Shown here in pieces: positions 9,551 through 19,855 of a stretch of 64,000 nt of DNA. Location of the stretch: the IMG/VR virus record IMGVR_UViG_3300031957_001682, positions 43,633-107,632 of that record; one strand, 5' to 3'. Origin of the DNA: a virus. A model generated the notes under the pieces. That model had not been told where the DNA came from and made no database searches. It saw nothing but the letters and a program-made list of their open reading frames with translations. A program made the translations under genes and the position numbers. Within the stretch, counting starts at the first letter, position 1. The number at the start of each line of letters is the position of its first letter.

Positions 9551-10845
9551 AGTCCCTCCGCATATCCACCTATGGTATCAGCATCCAAGCCCCACTTAGT
9601 CAAGAGGTTGTCGGCCTTCTTTTTATCATCTTTCCAATTACTGAAAGTGACAAGTTTTTGTAATTCGTTTTTTCTCATTTTATCTTTAGAGTCAATAAAA
9701 GTCAAAACAGCCTTTGCTTGCAATGATTTCATTTTCAAGTGAGGTAAGATTCCTTTGAGTAATTGTCGTAAATCATCCTTTGATTGAAAAACCAATCTGT
9801 GAAGACTCCGATTACTGTTTTTATGAATTTTTTGATTCAAAACTAAGCGACCACAACCAAGGGCTTTGTGTAAGTTTTCACAGTGGTCTTTACCCCTTTC
9901 TCCTGTAGCAACAAATGTTGCTCTTGGCTCACCTCTTTCGCTAATAAAAATACTTCCATCAGCATCAAGAAAACCAGCCGCATACGCCCAAATATCCTTG
10001 ATAATTAAACCATCAGTGCCCATTTTTAAAAATTGTCCACGAGTCGGTGAACGATAAATGTCGAGTTCTTCGCCGTACATTTTGATAAGCATACCAAGTT
10101 TACTGGGAGTAATGGACTTGTTTAAGACACCAACACCACGACGCACAATCTCACGGCTACTTAATTCACCGCTTTTTTCTAATTGCGTCGAAGCAAACTC
10201 TAAAGTTGTTTTATCGTCTTTTGAAATAGAATCAATTTGATGCAAAGTTTTTCTCCACATCTTTTGAGCATCTTTACGCATTTGCATTGCGTCAACCCAA
10301 TTTTCTTGTTCATCAGTACCCCAATCATCAAGTTCGTTTAGCATTGAAAGTACAGAAGTAGCCTTCAAAAACATTTGACATGCTTGTTGTAAACCGGTAC
10401 TTCTTGACTCACCAAACTTTCGCAGTGATTTTAGTGAGCGGTCATTTATTCCCATGTATCGTATGGTGTCTTGCAAACCGTCACTCCAAGTTAAATTATT
10501 GATTGTTGCTTCAACTTCCATTGCTTTAATAGTTCTCACATCATCAATAATAGCATCAATCATATCTCGATTACTTTTGTCGTTTCTACGCATTTTTCGA
10601 CACATACGAATAATTGAGTCGGCATCTTTACCGTATGTAGCCTCAAGCCACCCATCACCATTTTTTGGAAAACCGTATGATTTTATGTCTTCTTTGATAA
10701 ACAAAGACGACTCCTTGACTACAGGGATTTGTTTATTGTAAAAATGTGGATGTTGTGCTAATGTGTTAAACACGCTTTTGGTGAAATCATCGCCATTAAT
10801 TTGTGGAGTATCATACTCATCACCGACAATTGCACTACCCCACAT
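9547..10845 (-). CDS. LAGLIDADG-domain protein with long helical N-terminus
   Basis: WAYAAGFLDADGSI motif followed by the typical LAGLIDADG fold ending (ILPHLKMKSLQA). Confidence 0.75.
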   Translation of the reverse strand: MWGSAIVGDEYDTPQINGDDFTKSVFNTLAQHPHFYNKQIPVVKESSLFIKEDIKSYGFPKNGDGWLEATYGKDADSIIRMCRKMRRNDKSNRDMIDAIIDDVRTIKAMEVEATINNLTWSDGLQDTIRYMGINDRSLKSLRKFGESRSTGLQQACQMFLKATSVLSMLNELDDWGTDEQENWVDAMQMRKDAQKMWRKTLHQIDSISKDDKTTLEFASTQLEKSGELSSREIVRRGVGVLNKSITPSKLGMLIKMYGEELDIYRSPTRGQFLKMGTDGLIIKDIWAYAAGFLDADGSIFISERGEPRATFVATGERGKDHCENLHKALGCGRLVLNQKIHKNSNRSLHRLVFQSKDDLRQLLKGILPHLKMKSLQAKAVLTFIDSKDKMRKNELQKLVTFSNWKDDKKKADNLLTKWGLDADTIGGYAEGL

Positions 10846-10870
10846 ATTGGCTACCTCATTGTCCTATCAT

Positions 10871-11605
10871 TTAGAGATTCCTATGATGTTGAAACACAGG
10901 AATTTTAGTATCTCCATGACCCATTTGACGAAGGGCTTCCATACGATGACCACCTTCTTGCATTCCAGTGTAATTATTATTGTTAAAACTTAACTCCGGC
11001 ATACCTATTGGCATCCCTGCTTTTATTCCCTCTATGATTCGAGCGATGTTTTCACGGCTTCCTCCTTGTGAGGTAAACTGGCGACCATCCCATCTGTATT
11101 CAGCATCTCTTCCCCCTACGGGTGGTTCATTGTGTTCTTCTGCACCTTGTCCTACAATGTCAAAATAATCATTCGGTGTCATTTGAGTAATTTTATCATT
11201 TTTACCATAAGCATAAGGTTGACCACCAATCACGGGTTCGGAGAAATCCATATTGTAAGCCATTCGTACACCCGGTATATCAGTATCAACAATAGGTGCT
11301 TTGACTAAGACGCTCTTGACAATTGTAGGTTTACCGCCTACGCCTTGTTTTTTTGCACGCTTGCGTTTGGTAGCGGCTTGCTTTTGACCCTCGGACATTG
11401 AGCCGCTGGTCTTAGGTGTTTTACTTGATACTTTGACGGAAGGACGACACTTTGGATAACCCTTGCTTGATTTACTTGCTTTAGAACGCCCACATGGTGG
11501 GTGCTTGCCGTCTTTGTCTTTGCGTGACACATCAACCCACTTTTCTTTGAACCAACGGTTCAAATCCTTAACGATGAGAACATCGTAGCAGGTACATCGA
11601 GTCAT
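10871..11605 (-). CDS. Two-domain protein: basic phage domain (RWFKEKWVD..CGR..YPKCRP) fused to a ParB/Srx-like domain
   Basis: The N-terminal basic domain is common in marine viruses. The C-terminal QEGGHRMEAL resembles the ParB-N GxHR motif. The linker is IVKSVLVKA. Confidence 0.55.
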   Translation of the reverse strand: MTRCTCYDVLIVKDLNRWFKEKWVDVSRKDKDGKHPPCGRSKASKSSKGYPKCRPSVKVSSKTPKTSGSMSEGQKQAATKRKRAKKQGVGGKPTIVKSVLVKAPIVDTDIPGVRMAYNMDFSEPVIGGQPYAYGKNDKITQMTPNDYFDIVGQGAEEHNEPPVGGRDAEYRWDGRQFTSQGGSRENIARIIEGIKAGMPIGMPELSFNNNNYTGMQEGGHRMEALRQMGHGDTKIPVFQHHRNL

Positions 11606-11770
11606 TCAAAGTACACCGACCATTTTCTTAATGTCTTTTTGCTTGTCAATAAGAGCGTAACAGGGACACTTCGGAGAAGAAGCAGAACACTGCATAACAC
11701 CTTTAATCATGCAAACACATGGTGTTTTTTCGGTTCCACCACAGCAACAAGATTTTCTTTTAAGTTTCAT
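11606..11770 (-). CDS. Small Cys-rich (metallothionein-like) protein, 54 aa
   Basis: Hand translation MKLKRKSCCCGGTEKTPCVCMIKGVMQCSASSPKCPCY...; ATGA overlap with the upstream gene. Confidence 0.5.
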   Translation of the reverse strand: MKLKRKSCCCGGTEKTPCVCMIKGVMQCSASSPKCPCYALIDKQKDIKKMVGVL

Positions 11771-11958
11771 TTTTTCTTCCCCTTCTTCTTACCTTTGAAC
11801 TTACCTTTGCAATATTGAACAGCCCATCCATTTGCATAGGCTGATGGGTAAACATCGAACTTGCGCTTTGCCGCCGCTTTACCAGCGGGACACAGTTTCT
11901 TTTCTAATGCATCCCACGCTGTTGTCATTCCGACACAGTGACCGCAATAGCAACTCAT
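11767..11958 (-). CDS. Small basic phage protein (AKRKFDVYPSAYAN type)
   Basis: Motif seen in marine virus proteins, preceded by AWDALEK tag. Start moved to ATG 11958. Confidence 0.6.
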   Translation of the reverse strand: MSCYCGHCVGMTTAWDALEKKLCPAGKAAAKRKFDVYPSAYANGWAVQYCKGKFKGKKKGKKK

Positions 11959-11959
11959 A

Positions 11960-12448
11960 TCAATCACTTCTTTGCGTAAAAGGATTTGGTGGGTCACTAA
12001 AATCTAAGACTCTTTCTTTAGCATGTTGCGGAGGGGGTGCTTGTGGCATCGTACTTCGAGTCATCTGTCTTTGTTGAGCGAAAGATGCTGGATTGATTGT
12101 ACCGCCGGGCGTTGAAGGTGTGGTAGGTACATCATCACCAAGTTCCGGTGATTTAGTTTCATTCTTTTCTGCATTAGGGTCATTTACATTTCCCATTTGC
12201 ATACGGGCTTGTTGATGTTCTTCTCTCCCTGCTCGCATTCGTGCAATAGGAGTTGAAAATGGTTTACCTGTTTTATCAGTTTCTTTCATCTTCAAAAATT
12301 TCCAAGCGTCACCCATTGGGATTGCTTTCTTTTTGCTGTCCGGGTCTGCTGTTTTTTCCGGCGACTTAGGCGGCTTACCACCAAGTGCAATTACAACAAC
12401 CATGCCTTTCTTTTTCTTTTTATCGTCTTCTTTCATGGTACTAACCAT
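11960..12448 (-). CDS. Hypothetical low-complexity protein carrying the PMGDAWKFLK tag
   Basis: 162 aa ORF directly downstream of the terminase. Confidence 0.55.
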   Translation of the reverse strand: MVSTMKEDDKKKKKGMVVVIALGGKPPKSPEKTADPDSKKKAIPMGDAWKFLKMKETDKTGKPFSTPIARMRAGREEHQQARMQMGNVNDPNAEKNETKSPELGDDVPTTPSTPGGTINPASFAQQRQMTRSTMPQAPPPQHAKERVLDFSDPPNPFTQRSD

Positions 12449-13923
12449 CCGTCGCCAGTTCCTTTATTTCGATGTGGCATACCACCGATGTACTCATCGA
12501 GTCCCGGTAGTATGTCATCGAGTAGTTGCACTGAACCTTTGAACTCTTTTGTTCCCCAGTTCGCTAAAGCAAGTGCCATTGCCAAGTCATCGTGAGTACC
12601 GACCGATTCAAGTCGCCCATTCTTTTGCATACCGAATCGGTTCAATTCTTCTTCTAATTTGTGAGTGAATGTACGACTTCGCTCATCACCATACGGCAAT
12701 TGAATGTGTCCTTGTTCAAAAGCCATAAGCAAAGACATGAACATACTTTCTTTGCGCTGGCGTGTTGTCATAAAAGTACGAATAGGAATATCGTTTCTCA
12801 TGTCTTGAAGTTCAGCGGCAAACATTCGCTGGAAGTTGTTTCCTTCAAGTTCAATCAAATCCGGCTGGAAGCGATTGTTAAGAGTGAGAATGTGTTTTTT
12901 CTGTGCTAATCCACCAAGTCCTTTTTCGTGAACGATACCGACAATTTGCTTTATGTTTTCACCGGGTGGTGTACGAAGCACAAGCATGGCTGTGTAGTCA
13001 GCGTTCTTATCCGAAGCAATCGCTGTGTCCCATCCAATGAAGTGCTGTCCGAACACACCAGCGGGATTACCTTCTTCGTCGTATTCGGTATCAGCCCTGT
13101 CAAGTAATACCAGTTCATTGTTGCGAGCCTCATTTAGAATTGTAGCAGGGAACATACTCGCAACATCGTGAATAGGTTCACACAAATACTCACGGCTGAA
13201 TTGGATAGCGGGCATGGACATACGCCGTTGCTCAAGTGCCTCAAGATTCCACCGTTCCGGCCAAAGCGCATTACCTTCCCCATCAATAGCAGGGTATGTT
13301 TCGACACGGAATGTTTCTTTTTGCTCAAGTTCTGCGTACAAATCGTTGTACGAAAACGGTGTACCGACCATCATCAAACGAGAAGAGTGGTGCAGAACAG
13401 GCAAAAGAACACCATAGAACCAGTCAGCGGCACGCTGTAGTTCTCCACCTGTAGTACCCCAAAGAATATCGTCGCAAACGACCACATCGGGGTGGAAACC
13501 ACGGGTAGCACCACCAACGGACTTAGCCATCAATCGGCTACCGTTAGTGAACTCAAAGTACGACTTAGCCCACGGTCGGCCACCTTCGGGCTTGAGGTGT
13601 CGAAGAATATCGGATGATTCAATGTTGTTGCGAATAAATCGCATGTGTTCAAGCGTCTGTTCAAGAGAGTGAGAAAAAATCATGATGTGTGTACCGGGTT
13701 TGAAAGCGGCAATCCAAAGAGCATAGGCCATGAACAAAGTGGATTTACCGTGGTCACGACTCGCTTTAACACAGTAGTATCGGTGTTCGTTCAATCCTGT
13801 TTCCCAAGACTCGTGGTGATGACTGTAATGAAAGCCCAAAATTTCTGTAAAGAAATACTTGAATGACTTGGCCGACATTTTGCTATCCATCTCGTGGATA
13901 AACGCATTCATGTCCTCTCCCAT
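12433..13923 (-). CDS. terL: Terminase large subunit
   Basis: Walker A SRDHGKST, Walker B VVVCDD, coupling motif GTP, and RNase H-like nuclease motifs (GWDTA, HDDLAMALALA). Start likely ATG 13923 after SD GGTGA. Confidence 0.92.
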   Translation of the reverse strand: MGEDMNAFIHEMDSKMSAKSFKYFFTEILGFHYSHHHESWETGLNEHRYYCVKASRDHGKSTLFMAYALWIAAFKPGTHIMIFSHSLEQTLEHMRFIRNNIESSDILRHLKPEGGRPWAKSYFEFTNGSRLMAKSVGGATRGFHPDVVVCDDILWGTTGGELQRAADWFYGVLLPVLHHSSRLMMVGTPFSYNDLYAELEQKETFRVETYPAIDGEGNALWPERWNLEALEQRRMSMPAIQFSREYLCEPIHDVASMFPATILNEARNNELVLLDRADTEYDEEGNPAGVFGQHFIGWDTAIASDKNADYTAMLVLRTPPGENIKQIVGIVHEKGLGGLAQKKHILTLNNRFQPDLIELEGNNFQRMFAAELQDMRNDIPIRTFMTTRQRKESMFMSLLMAFEQGHIQLPYGDERSRTFTHKLEEELNRFGMQKNGRLESVGTHDDLAMALALANWGTKEFKGSVQLLDDILPGLDEYIGGMPHRNKGTGDGWLVP

Positions 13924-13927
13924 TGTA

Positions 13928-14758
13928 TCACCGTGTCTTAATATACATGAAAGCGGCGAGTTCACCAATTTCATTTGGTGTCATTTTGTAAAGATTATCG
14001 GGTCCGAGTAAGTCGAATAACATTCCATTAAACGCTTTGGTGGGCATCAATACAGGTCTTGGTTGTCCGGTCACGGGGTCTATGGATGCTTGATACTGCG
14101 CCATCCCCGATGGATTCATTTGTTGTTGAACGGTACTTGCCATATTTGACTGATTCAATACATTGGGAGGTAGTGGTGGATTCATTTGTTGTTCAACGGT
14201 ACTTGCCATATCTTGCTGATTCAATACATTGGGAGGTAATGGCACAGCAGGTGCGGCAGTTGCGGCAGGTTGGGGTAATGCAGGTATGGGTGCGGCAGGT
14301 GCAGATGCTACAGGTGCAGGTACGGATGGTGAAGTTGATACATTTACAAGACCAGTGGATGAAGGTAATGGTACTCCACCTTCATTTGCCGCCATACCCG
14401 GAGCGGGTAATGGGATAGAATTGGGTTTAACCCCGACATGAGAATTTCCTTCAATTTGTCTTGCTGTGAATGCCCCTGTTGGGTCAAGTCCTTGATAGGT
14501 GTACCCTGCTCCAAGTGGAGCGGCTATGTTGCCACCTTGCATTGCATCAGCGGTGCTTAAAGCAGTAGCCCCTAAAGCCGCACCTTTACCAGCAAGTCCA
14601 GCAAGTCCAACCAATCGACCTGTTCTGCTAACTTTGGAACCGGGTTTTGTACCACGACCACGAACCGCATTGAACAAATCCATTGCCGAAGGACTACCTT
14701 GACCCACTGTTTGAAATTGAGTCACATCTGCTTTTACCAAAACTTTGTTGCTCACCAT
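13928..14758 (-). CDS. Hypothetical Gly/Ala/Pro-rich putative virion protein
   Basis: 276 aa ORF with a glycine-zipper-like segment, an internal repeat and an N-terminal VLVK/A site. Confidence 0.6.
   Translation of the reverse strand: MVSNKVLVKADVTQFQTVGQGSPSAMDLFNAVRGRGTKPGSKVSRTGRLVGLAGLAGKGAALGATALSTADAMQGGNIAAPLGAGYTYQGLDPTGAFTARQIEGNSHVGVKPNSIPLPAPGMAANEGGVPLPSSTGLVNVSTSPSVPAPVASAPAAPIPALPQPAATAAPAVPLPPNVLNQQDMASTVEQQMNPPLPPNVLNQSNMASTVQQQMNPSGMAQYQASIDPVTGQPRPVLMPTKAFNGMLFDLLGPDNLYKMTPNEIGELAAFMYIKTR
14111..14238. repeat. 66-bp-period direct repeat x2 (PPNVLNQxxMASTVxQQMNP)
   Basis: Seen directly: 14111-14172 and 14177-14238. Confidence 0.85.
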
Positions 14759-14759
14759 A

Positions 14760-16961
14760 TCACCCCATGTTTGTTTTTATGACTTTGATAATCTTAGCAT
14801 CAACATTGTAGGACTTAGCGATGTTGTGCCAATCTCCCATTGTTTGATTGATTGTCACGACCTCACTTGCGGTTAGCCCGACATGTTTCGCCAGTGCGTG
14901 TGGATTGTTAAGATTACTGTTAATTTTAATCCCCTCGAATCCGGCTTCTTCTTGTTGCATTCGCTCTAATGCTTTCATCACTCGGTCCATTACCGGTAGG
15001 TGTGCATCTTCGCTTCTTAGGTACTGGTCAAGTAATTGCTGTCTTGGGTCGGAAAGTGATTGTTGCGCCCTTCTTTCAATCGGTGTTAAAAATTCATCCG
15101 GTGCTGGACTTGCTCGACCTCCACCACCAGCAACCATCATTTCTCTAAATTGCTGTGGTGTTTGATTTGCAATCTGTGGTCTAACTTGCTGGAACCGTGG
15201 GTCAAGAGGCGTAGCCGGTGGGCCTTGTGGTCTTACCGCTACAGGAGGAAGAGGTGCCGCACCGGAGGGAGGTGGTGAAGAAACCGGAACCTGCGAAAGA
15301 GCGGAAGCAGGGGATTCCGGTGCGACTGTATCACCACTTGGGCGAATTGGCATGGCTGTACTTTCTGCAAAGTCTTCCATAGGGTGTAGGTATGCATCCA
15401 TGTGAGGGTCGAGTGTGGCATCAACTCCTTCTTCGGGATAATCTAAAAATTGCATATTTTTTGCTGGTTCTGTTTTTATGTCACCAATGGGCATTTTTAC
15501 TGGCAAACCCTGTGATTCTGCTTGGTGGTCGGCTAATGCTTCGATAATACCACGAAAACGCTCGACTTGACCCATAAGCCGCTCATCGTATCGTACACCA
15601 AATGCGTTTAACTGCTCACTGTCAATTGAATGATTACTCAAATTACTTCGCTCGGAGTCATCATCACTTAGACCGGACCTGTGAGCGAGTGCCATAAGAC
15701 GGGCGGCAGTGGTGTCTTTTCCTTTGCTACCACCCCTACCGGGTTTGAAATGACGACTTTGTTCATCATAGGACAAACCTTCTTCTCCTTCACCATAGAT
15801 ACCCATGAGGCTATTGAAATGCTTGTTAAAATCACCTTGACCCGGCCTACCAAACAAATACATCATTGCTGGTACATTTGCCATATCTTGAATTAAACTT
15901 CTTCGTAGTTCACTATCTTGAAGAATGACACGAAGTGGGCGTTGAATCATTTCGGGACTCGCTAAAGTGCCCACATTGATTGTAGCGGGTACATCGGGAA
16001 TTGCATCTATGTTGCCCAAAGCGTTTGTAATGGCCCTTTCAGCCATTTGATATAATCCATTTTTGTGTTCCCAACTACCTTTTTTTCCGGCTTTTTGTCC
16101 ACTTGCTTTTGTGTTAGGATAAAAGAAAATGTCCGGTAGGTGGTGAGTAGTTGATTCAGTGTGTACCGCAGTTTGTTCACTGAAATAATCATCGGGTGCC
16201 CTTGACATGTGTTGTGTGCTTATTTGATTCGGATGTTCTTGATATGAAGCATCAACTCGACCTTTAGGTGCTGTTTCACGAGCGTAAATGTAAGGTCTTT
16301 TTACAAAAGTTAAATCCGATGATACTTCAAATGGAACTCCATGTTCTCTTTCAAGAATTTGACCAAGTTCGTGATTAAAAGGAATAGAATATGATTCAAT
16401 AAAACGACCCATTGGGGTATAGTTTTTGTCACCGGGGGTGAAATTTTTGTTAGTGTAAGTGGTAATCAAAGAACCATTTTTGGTTTTTGTTGGGCGTTCG
16501 GAGTGGCCTTCTGTGCTGTCACCCGGAGGTAGCATTCCAGCCCTAATTTTTCTCCACGCCATGTTGTCAAAAGGTGGTAATGCGTGCATTCCATTATTCT
16601 TATCATCATCACCTTTGTGACTTGTATGGTTTTGATTAAACAATTGAATTGCTTTGTTAATCAAATCGACAGGATGTGCTTTGATACCATGTTTTTCTAA
16701 AAACCACCCTAAGCGTGTAGCCGCCGCATCAATACCGTGTTGATAACTTCCCATTGGTGTGTTGTAGTGTAGTTCACCGTGGTCACCCGGAGCAAACTCA
16801 CCTTCAAGAATTTCTCCTTGAGCATGTGCAAAGGCGGGTACATCTTCTTCTGTAGGTGGTCGAAACGCTGTTGCCGGTGGGTTGCGAATCATTGCCGCAC
16901 CCTGTGGGGTAAAATGCTTCATTCCCCATGCTTTAATCAATGGAAAACGAACAGGTATCAT
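14760..16961 (-). CDS. Large hypothetical protein (putative internal virion protein)
   Basis: 733 aa ORF in the late operon with an N-terminal LIK/A site. Confidence 0.65.
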   Translation of the reverse strand: MIPVRFPLIKAWGMKHFTPQGAAMIRNPPATAFRPPTEEDVPAFAHAQGEILEGEFAPGDHGELHYNTPMGSYQHGIDAAATRLGWFLEKHGIKAHPVDLINKAIQLFNQNHTSHKGDDDKNNGMHALPPFDNMAWRKIRAGMLPPGDSTEGHSERPTKTKNGSLITTYTNKNFTPGDKNYTPMGRFIESYSIPFNHELGQILEREHGVPFEVSSDLTFVKRPYIYARETAPKGRVDASYQEHPNQISTQHMSRAPDDYFSEQTAVHTESTTHHLPDIFFYPNTKASGQKAGKKGSWEHKNGLYQMAERAITNALGNIDAIPDVPATINVGTLASPEMIQRPLRVILQDSELRRSLIQDMANVPAMMYLFGRPGQGDFNKHFNSLMGIYGEGEEGLSYDEQSRHFKPGRGGSKGKDTTAARLMALAHRSGLSDDDSERSNLSNHSIDSEQLNAFGVRYDERLMGQVERFRGIIEALADHQAESQGLPVKMPIGDIKTEPAKNMQFLDYPEEGVDATLDPHMDAYLHPMEDFAESTAMPIRPSGDTVAPESPASALSQVPVSSPPPSGAAPLPPVAVRPQGPPATPLDPRFQQVRPQIANQTPQQFREMMVAGGGGRASPAPDEFLTPIERRAQQSLSDPRQQLLDQYLRSEDAHLPVMDRVMKALERMQQEEAGFEGIKINSNLNNPHALAKHVGLTASEVVTINQTMGDWHNIAKSYNVDAKIIKVIKTNMG

Positions 16962-18625
16962 CCCATGTGCCCCCGCTTTGAAGTAAGATAACCAGCGGGG
17001 TCAAGTCCTAAACGACTTGAATTGGTTTCAAGATTTTGAGTAGGACCGTCATTCTTCTCATCTTCATCTTCATTCTGTTGCACACCGGCTGGATGCGCTG
17101 GCACTGCCCCTTCTTCAAAAGCCGACGCTGTACCCGCTTTTTTCATATTGGCTTTTTTTCTTTGAAGTTCAATTAACTGCCTCATCAATTGAAGCATTTC
17201 AACACGATTAGCGTGACGATTACCTTTGAGTAAATCACTTTCAGTACGCTCTTCACTCATCATCATTGTTGACGATGGTGCTGGCATACTCGGAACGCTA
17301 CTCATCGGTGGAGCCATCTGTGGCATTTGTGGCATGGCTGGCACACGAGGCATACGAGGCACACGAGGCATACGAGGGCGGCGCATTCTTCGGAGAGAAG
17401 GCTGTCGCATTTGTCCCGATTGACCCGGTAATAGACCAGTTAAACGCCCAGCACCAGTTGGTCCAGCAGTAAACGACCTTGCGCTGTGACGAGCGTGTGG
17501 AGAATATGTGTTGCGAACACCACCAAGAATTTTTTGTGATTCTTGCTGGCCCATGTATTGACGGTATTTTTGTGGGTCTTTACTCATGGGTTGCTTAGTC
17601 GCAATACCACGGTGACTCATTTCAACAGACAAGTGAGGCTTCATCAAACCTGTTTTCTTTCCACCCTTGATACCACGCATTCTTGCTTTAAATCGCTTCA
17701 TGGTTGCACCAACACCACCGCTTTGCCCACCCGGTGGTTTCTTGAATTGTCCAGTTGAAGGGCGGAACTCTCTTCGTTTTTCACGGCGACGACGAGCCTC
17801 TATTGTACCCATTGTGTCACGCTTAAGTAGTGTACTCCAAGCATCAGCCATTGGTTCACTCATGGTAAAACTTGTTTCATCATTAAACGGTACATCAGTA
17901 AAATCACGATATTTACCTTCTATATCATCAAACGGAGGTTGTGCATCATCAACTTGAAAATTATGTAAATCATATAATTTCTCAAAAAAATCTTCACGAG
18001 ATGTAGCACTTGCTAAGTGGTTTATGTCGGGTTGTTGGAAATCATCTGCAAGACCCTCATACAAATGGGGGTTATCTATCTGTTCTTGAATCCAATTATA
18101 CCATTCGGGGTGAACATCATTACGATTTGGCATTTTGTAATCGTGTTTGTATTGATTTTCACCGGGATGAACCGTAGGTTCTTCTTTCAACAATGTACTC
18201 CAAGCACCATCCATCGGCTCGCCTGTTCTTACGGCTGAATTACCCGTACCCATCGCTGAACCTGTACCTGTCTTTGCACCTGTGGCTAAATCGAGTAAAT
18301 GTCCACGACTACCAGCCGGTCCACCTTGAAGCCCTATCTCACGCTCATCATCACGCTTGTTACCGTCATCAAGACCGGGTTCTGTTTCCAATCCCGCCCC
18401 TTGACCTAACCCTTGAGATGGTTTAATTTTGATGTGTTTGATTTCTTTGGCCTTTTTCTTAGCCTCTTCTTCTTTGAGTTTTTTTGCTTCTGCCCGCTTT
18501 TCATTATCTTCGGGTGAAGTAGGGTTGTATTTACCCTCATCTTCATTAGCAGAAGAATACATGTGAGATGATTCACTACGGGGTGCATACATGCGTGTGT
18601 CCGAACCTCGACCCATAACCATCAT
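16958..18625 (-). CDS. Modular, largely disordered protein with two EPMxxAWSTLLK tags
   Basis: 555 aa ORF. Tags at about 18185-18220 and 17822-17857. A 9-bp repeat (PRM/PRV) lies at 17340-17377. Confidence 0.65.
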   Translation of the reverse strand: MMVMGRGSDTRMYAPRSESSHMYSSANEDEGKYNPTSPEDNEKRAEAKKLKEEEAKKKAKEIKHIKIKPSQGLGQGAGLETEPGLDDGNKRDDEREIGLQGGPAGSRGHLLDLATGAKTGTGSAMGTGNSAVRTGEPMDGAWSTLLKEEPTVHPGENQYKHDYKMPNRNDVHPEWYNWIQEQIDNPHLYEGLADDFQQPDINHLASATSREDFFEKLYDLHNFQVDDAQPPFDDIEGKYRDFTDVPFNDETSFTMSEPMADAWSTLLKRDTMGTIEARRRREKRREFRPSTGQFKKPPGGQSGGVGATMKRFKARMRGIKGGKKTGLMKPHLSVEMSHRGIATKQPMSKDPQKYRQYMGQQESQKILGGVRNTYSPHARHSARSFTAGPTGAGRLTGLLPGQSGQMRQPSLRRMRRPRMPRVPRMPRVPAMPQMPQMAPPMSSVPSMPAPSSTMMMSEERTESDLLKGNRHANRVEMLQLMRQLIELQRKKANMKKAGTASAFEEGAVPAHPAGVQQNEDEDEKNDGPTQNLETNSSRLGLDPAGYLTSKRGHMG

Positions 18626-19302
18626 TCCACCCCCATGTTTGCTTCAAGTTGCTTTTTAATTCGAGTCCATGTTTCCGGGCTTTCTTTACTTAATTCGATT
18701 GACAACACATTGATTGTTTGATTAATTTGTTGTCCGTCGCTTTGTGCGCCCCATTGGTCTTGGAACCGAAGTAGGTCTTTGACTGTTTCTCGCACTTCTT
18801 TATGCAATATAACAGCATCCCTTACGAAGCCATCTTCGTGTACACTCCCCTCATCAAGTAATTCGGAAAGTTTATGATTTAATTTTTGAGCGTTTGAGCG
18901 TAGTAATTCAATTTCTCGACCTGCTGTAAGTGCTACTTCTAACGCCGCTGTTTTTTGCACCAGCGGTTGAAAGTGATTTTTCATGTGACTATACACTACA
19001 CTTTCACTTATTTCAAGAGCCGTAGCAATGGCATCAGTAGTTCCTCCATTGTTAAAATACTCAAATTCGTATTCAGCCCGATTAGGTGAAGCACATACAG
19101 GGCAAGATGGATTTGCCGCCATGTGGTATTCACCCATGTGATTACGATAATGACGGTCAGCGGTATTGGCTCGCCATCCCATGTTTTTATCCATTTCTTT
19201 AGGTGTGATGTGACCTTGTAAGAGTTGTTCTTCTAACTCATCACGGTCTTCATGAATGCACATTCGGCAAGAGCGTTTGACAACTTTATCACCGCCCTCC
19301 AT
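18622..19302 (-). CDS. Tandem CxxC...HxxxH / HTH protein with C-terminal coiled coil; candidate terminase small subunit
   Basis: Two repeats (CRMC...HYRNH and CPVC...HMKNH), each enclosing an HTH-like segment. It heads the operon that leads to terL. Confidence 0.45.
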   Translation of the reverse strand: MEGGDKVVKRSCRMCIHEDRDELEEQLLQGHITPKEMDKNMGWRANTADRHYRNHMGEYHMAANPSCPVCASPNRAEYEFEYFNNGGTTDAIATALEISESVVYSHMKNHFQPLVQKTAALEVALTAGREIELLRSNAQKLNHKLSELLDEGSVHEDGFVRDAVILHKEVRETVKDLLRFQDQWGAQSDGQQINQTINVLSIELSKESPETWTRIKKQLEANMGVE

Positions 19303-19362
19303 GACAGTGCTACGAGTTGCCTTTAGAAAACTGTTATGGTAAATGTAGTGTTCGCAAAAAAC

Positions 19363-19653
19363 ATGTGGAGGGTAAAAAGAGTAGCAGGTGTGCCGCTTAA
19401 CAAAGAAAGTATTCGTAGCCTTACACAAGCCGCTAAGGATGTTGTAAAAGGTGAATACGCACCTACAAATTTAGTGAAAGAAAGACTTCGTATATGTGGC
19501 ACTTGTCCTCACGGTGGTACAAAATGCTCACTTTGTGGTTGTTTTTTGAAGTCTAAAACAGCATTGCTTAACTCGCAATGCCCAATACACAAATGGCCGT
19601 CAGCGAGTGATACGGGAATAAACACCAGTGAGCATAAGGAAACTACCAAATAA
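19363..19653 (+). CDS. Small Cys-rich phage protein (RLxICxxC...CxLCGCF..K...CPxxKW type)
   Basis: Characteristic Cys pattern common in viral genomes. Confidence 0.6.
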   Translation: MWRVKRVAGVPLNKESIRSLTQAAKDVVKGEYAPTNLVKERLRICGTCPHGGTKCSLCGCFLKSKTALLNSQCPIHKWPSASDTGINTSEHKETTK

Positions 19654-19851
19654 TCCTACAAGGTAATAAGAAACGCTGGCTGAATCCATTGTTCCTCCTT
19701 TAAAAATTAAAATCATAAGCATAGTCACAATAATAGAAATTAGTTGCACCATTACCATATCAATTATAATGCTTCGATTTGGATTTAACATATCGAGTGT
19801 AGTAGCGGCAAAGGAAGTTGGAATGTACCCTGTATAATCATATTCTTTCAT
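19600..19851 (-). CDS. Small two-TM membrane protein
   Basis: 83 aa with two hydrophobic stretches; SD GAGGTGA. Confidence 0.6.
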   Translation of the reverse strand: MKEYDYTGYIPTSFAATTLDMLNPNRSIIIDMVMVQLISIIVTMLMILIFKGGTMDSASVSYYLVGLFGSFLMLTGVYSRITR

Positions 19852-19855
19852 AATA

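Noticed and set aside
9547-10845. Intein or group I intron
   Set aside because: It is a free-standing ORF with no splice-junction residues, and the flanking genes are not interrupted.
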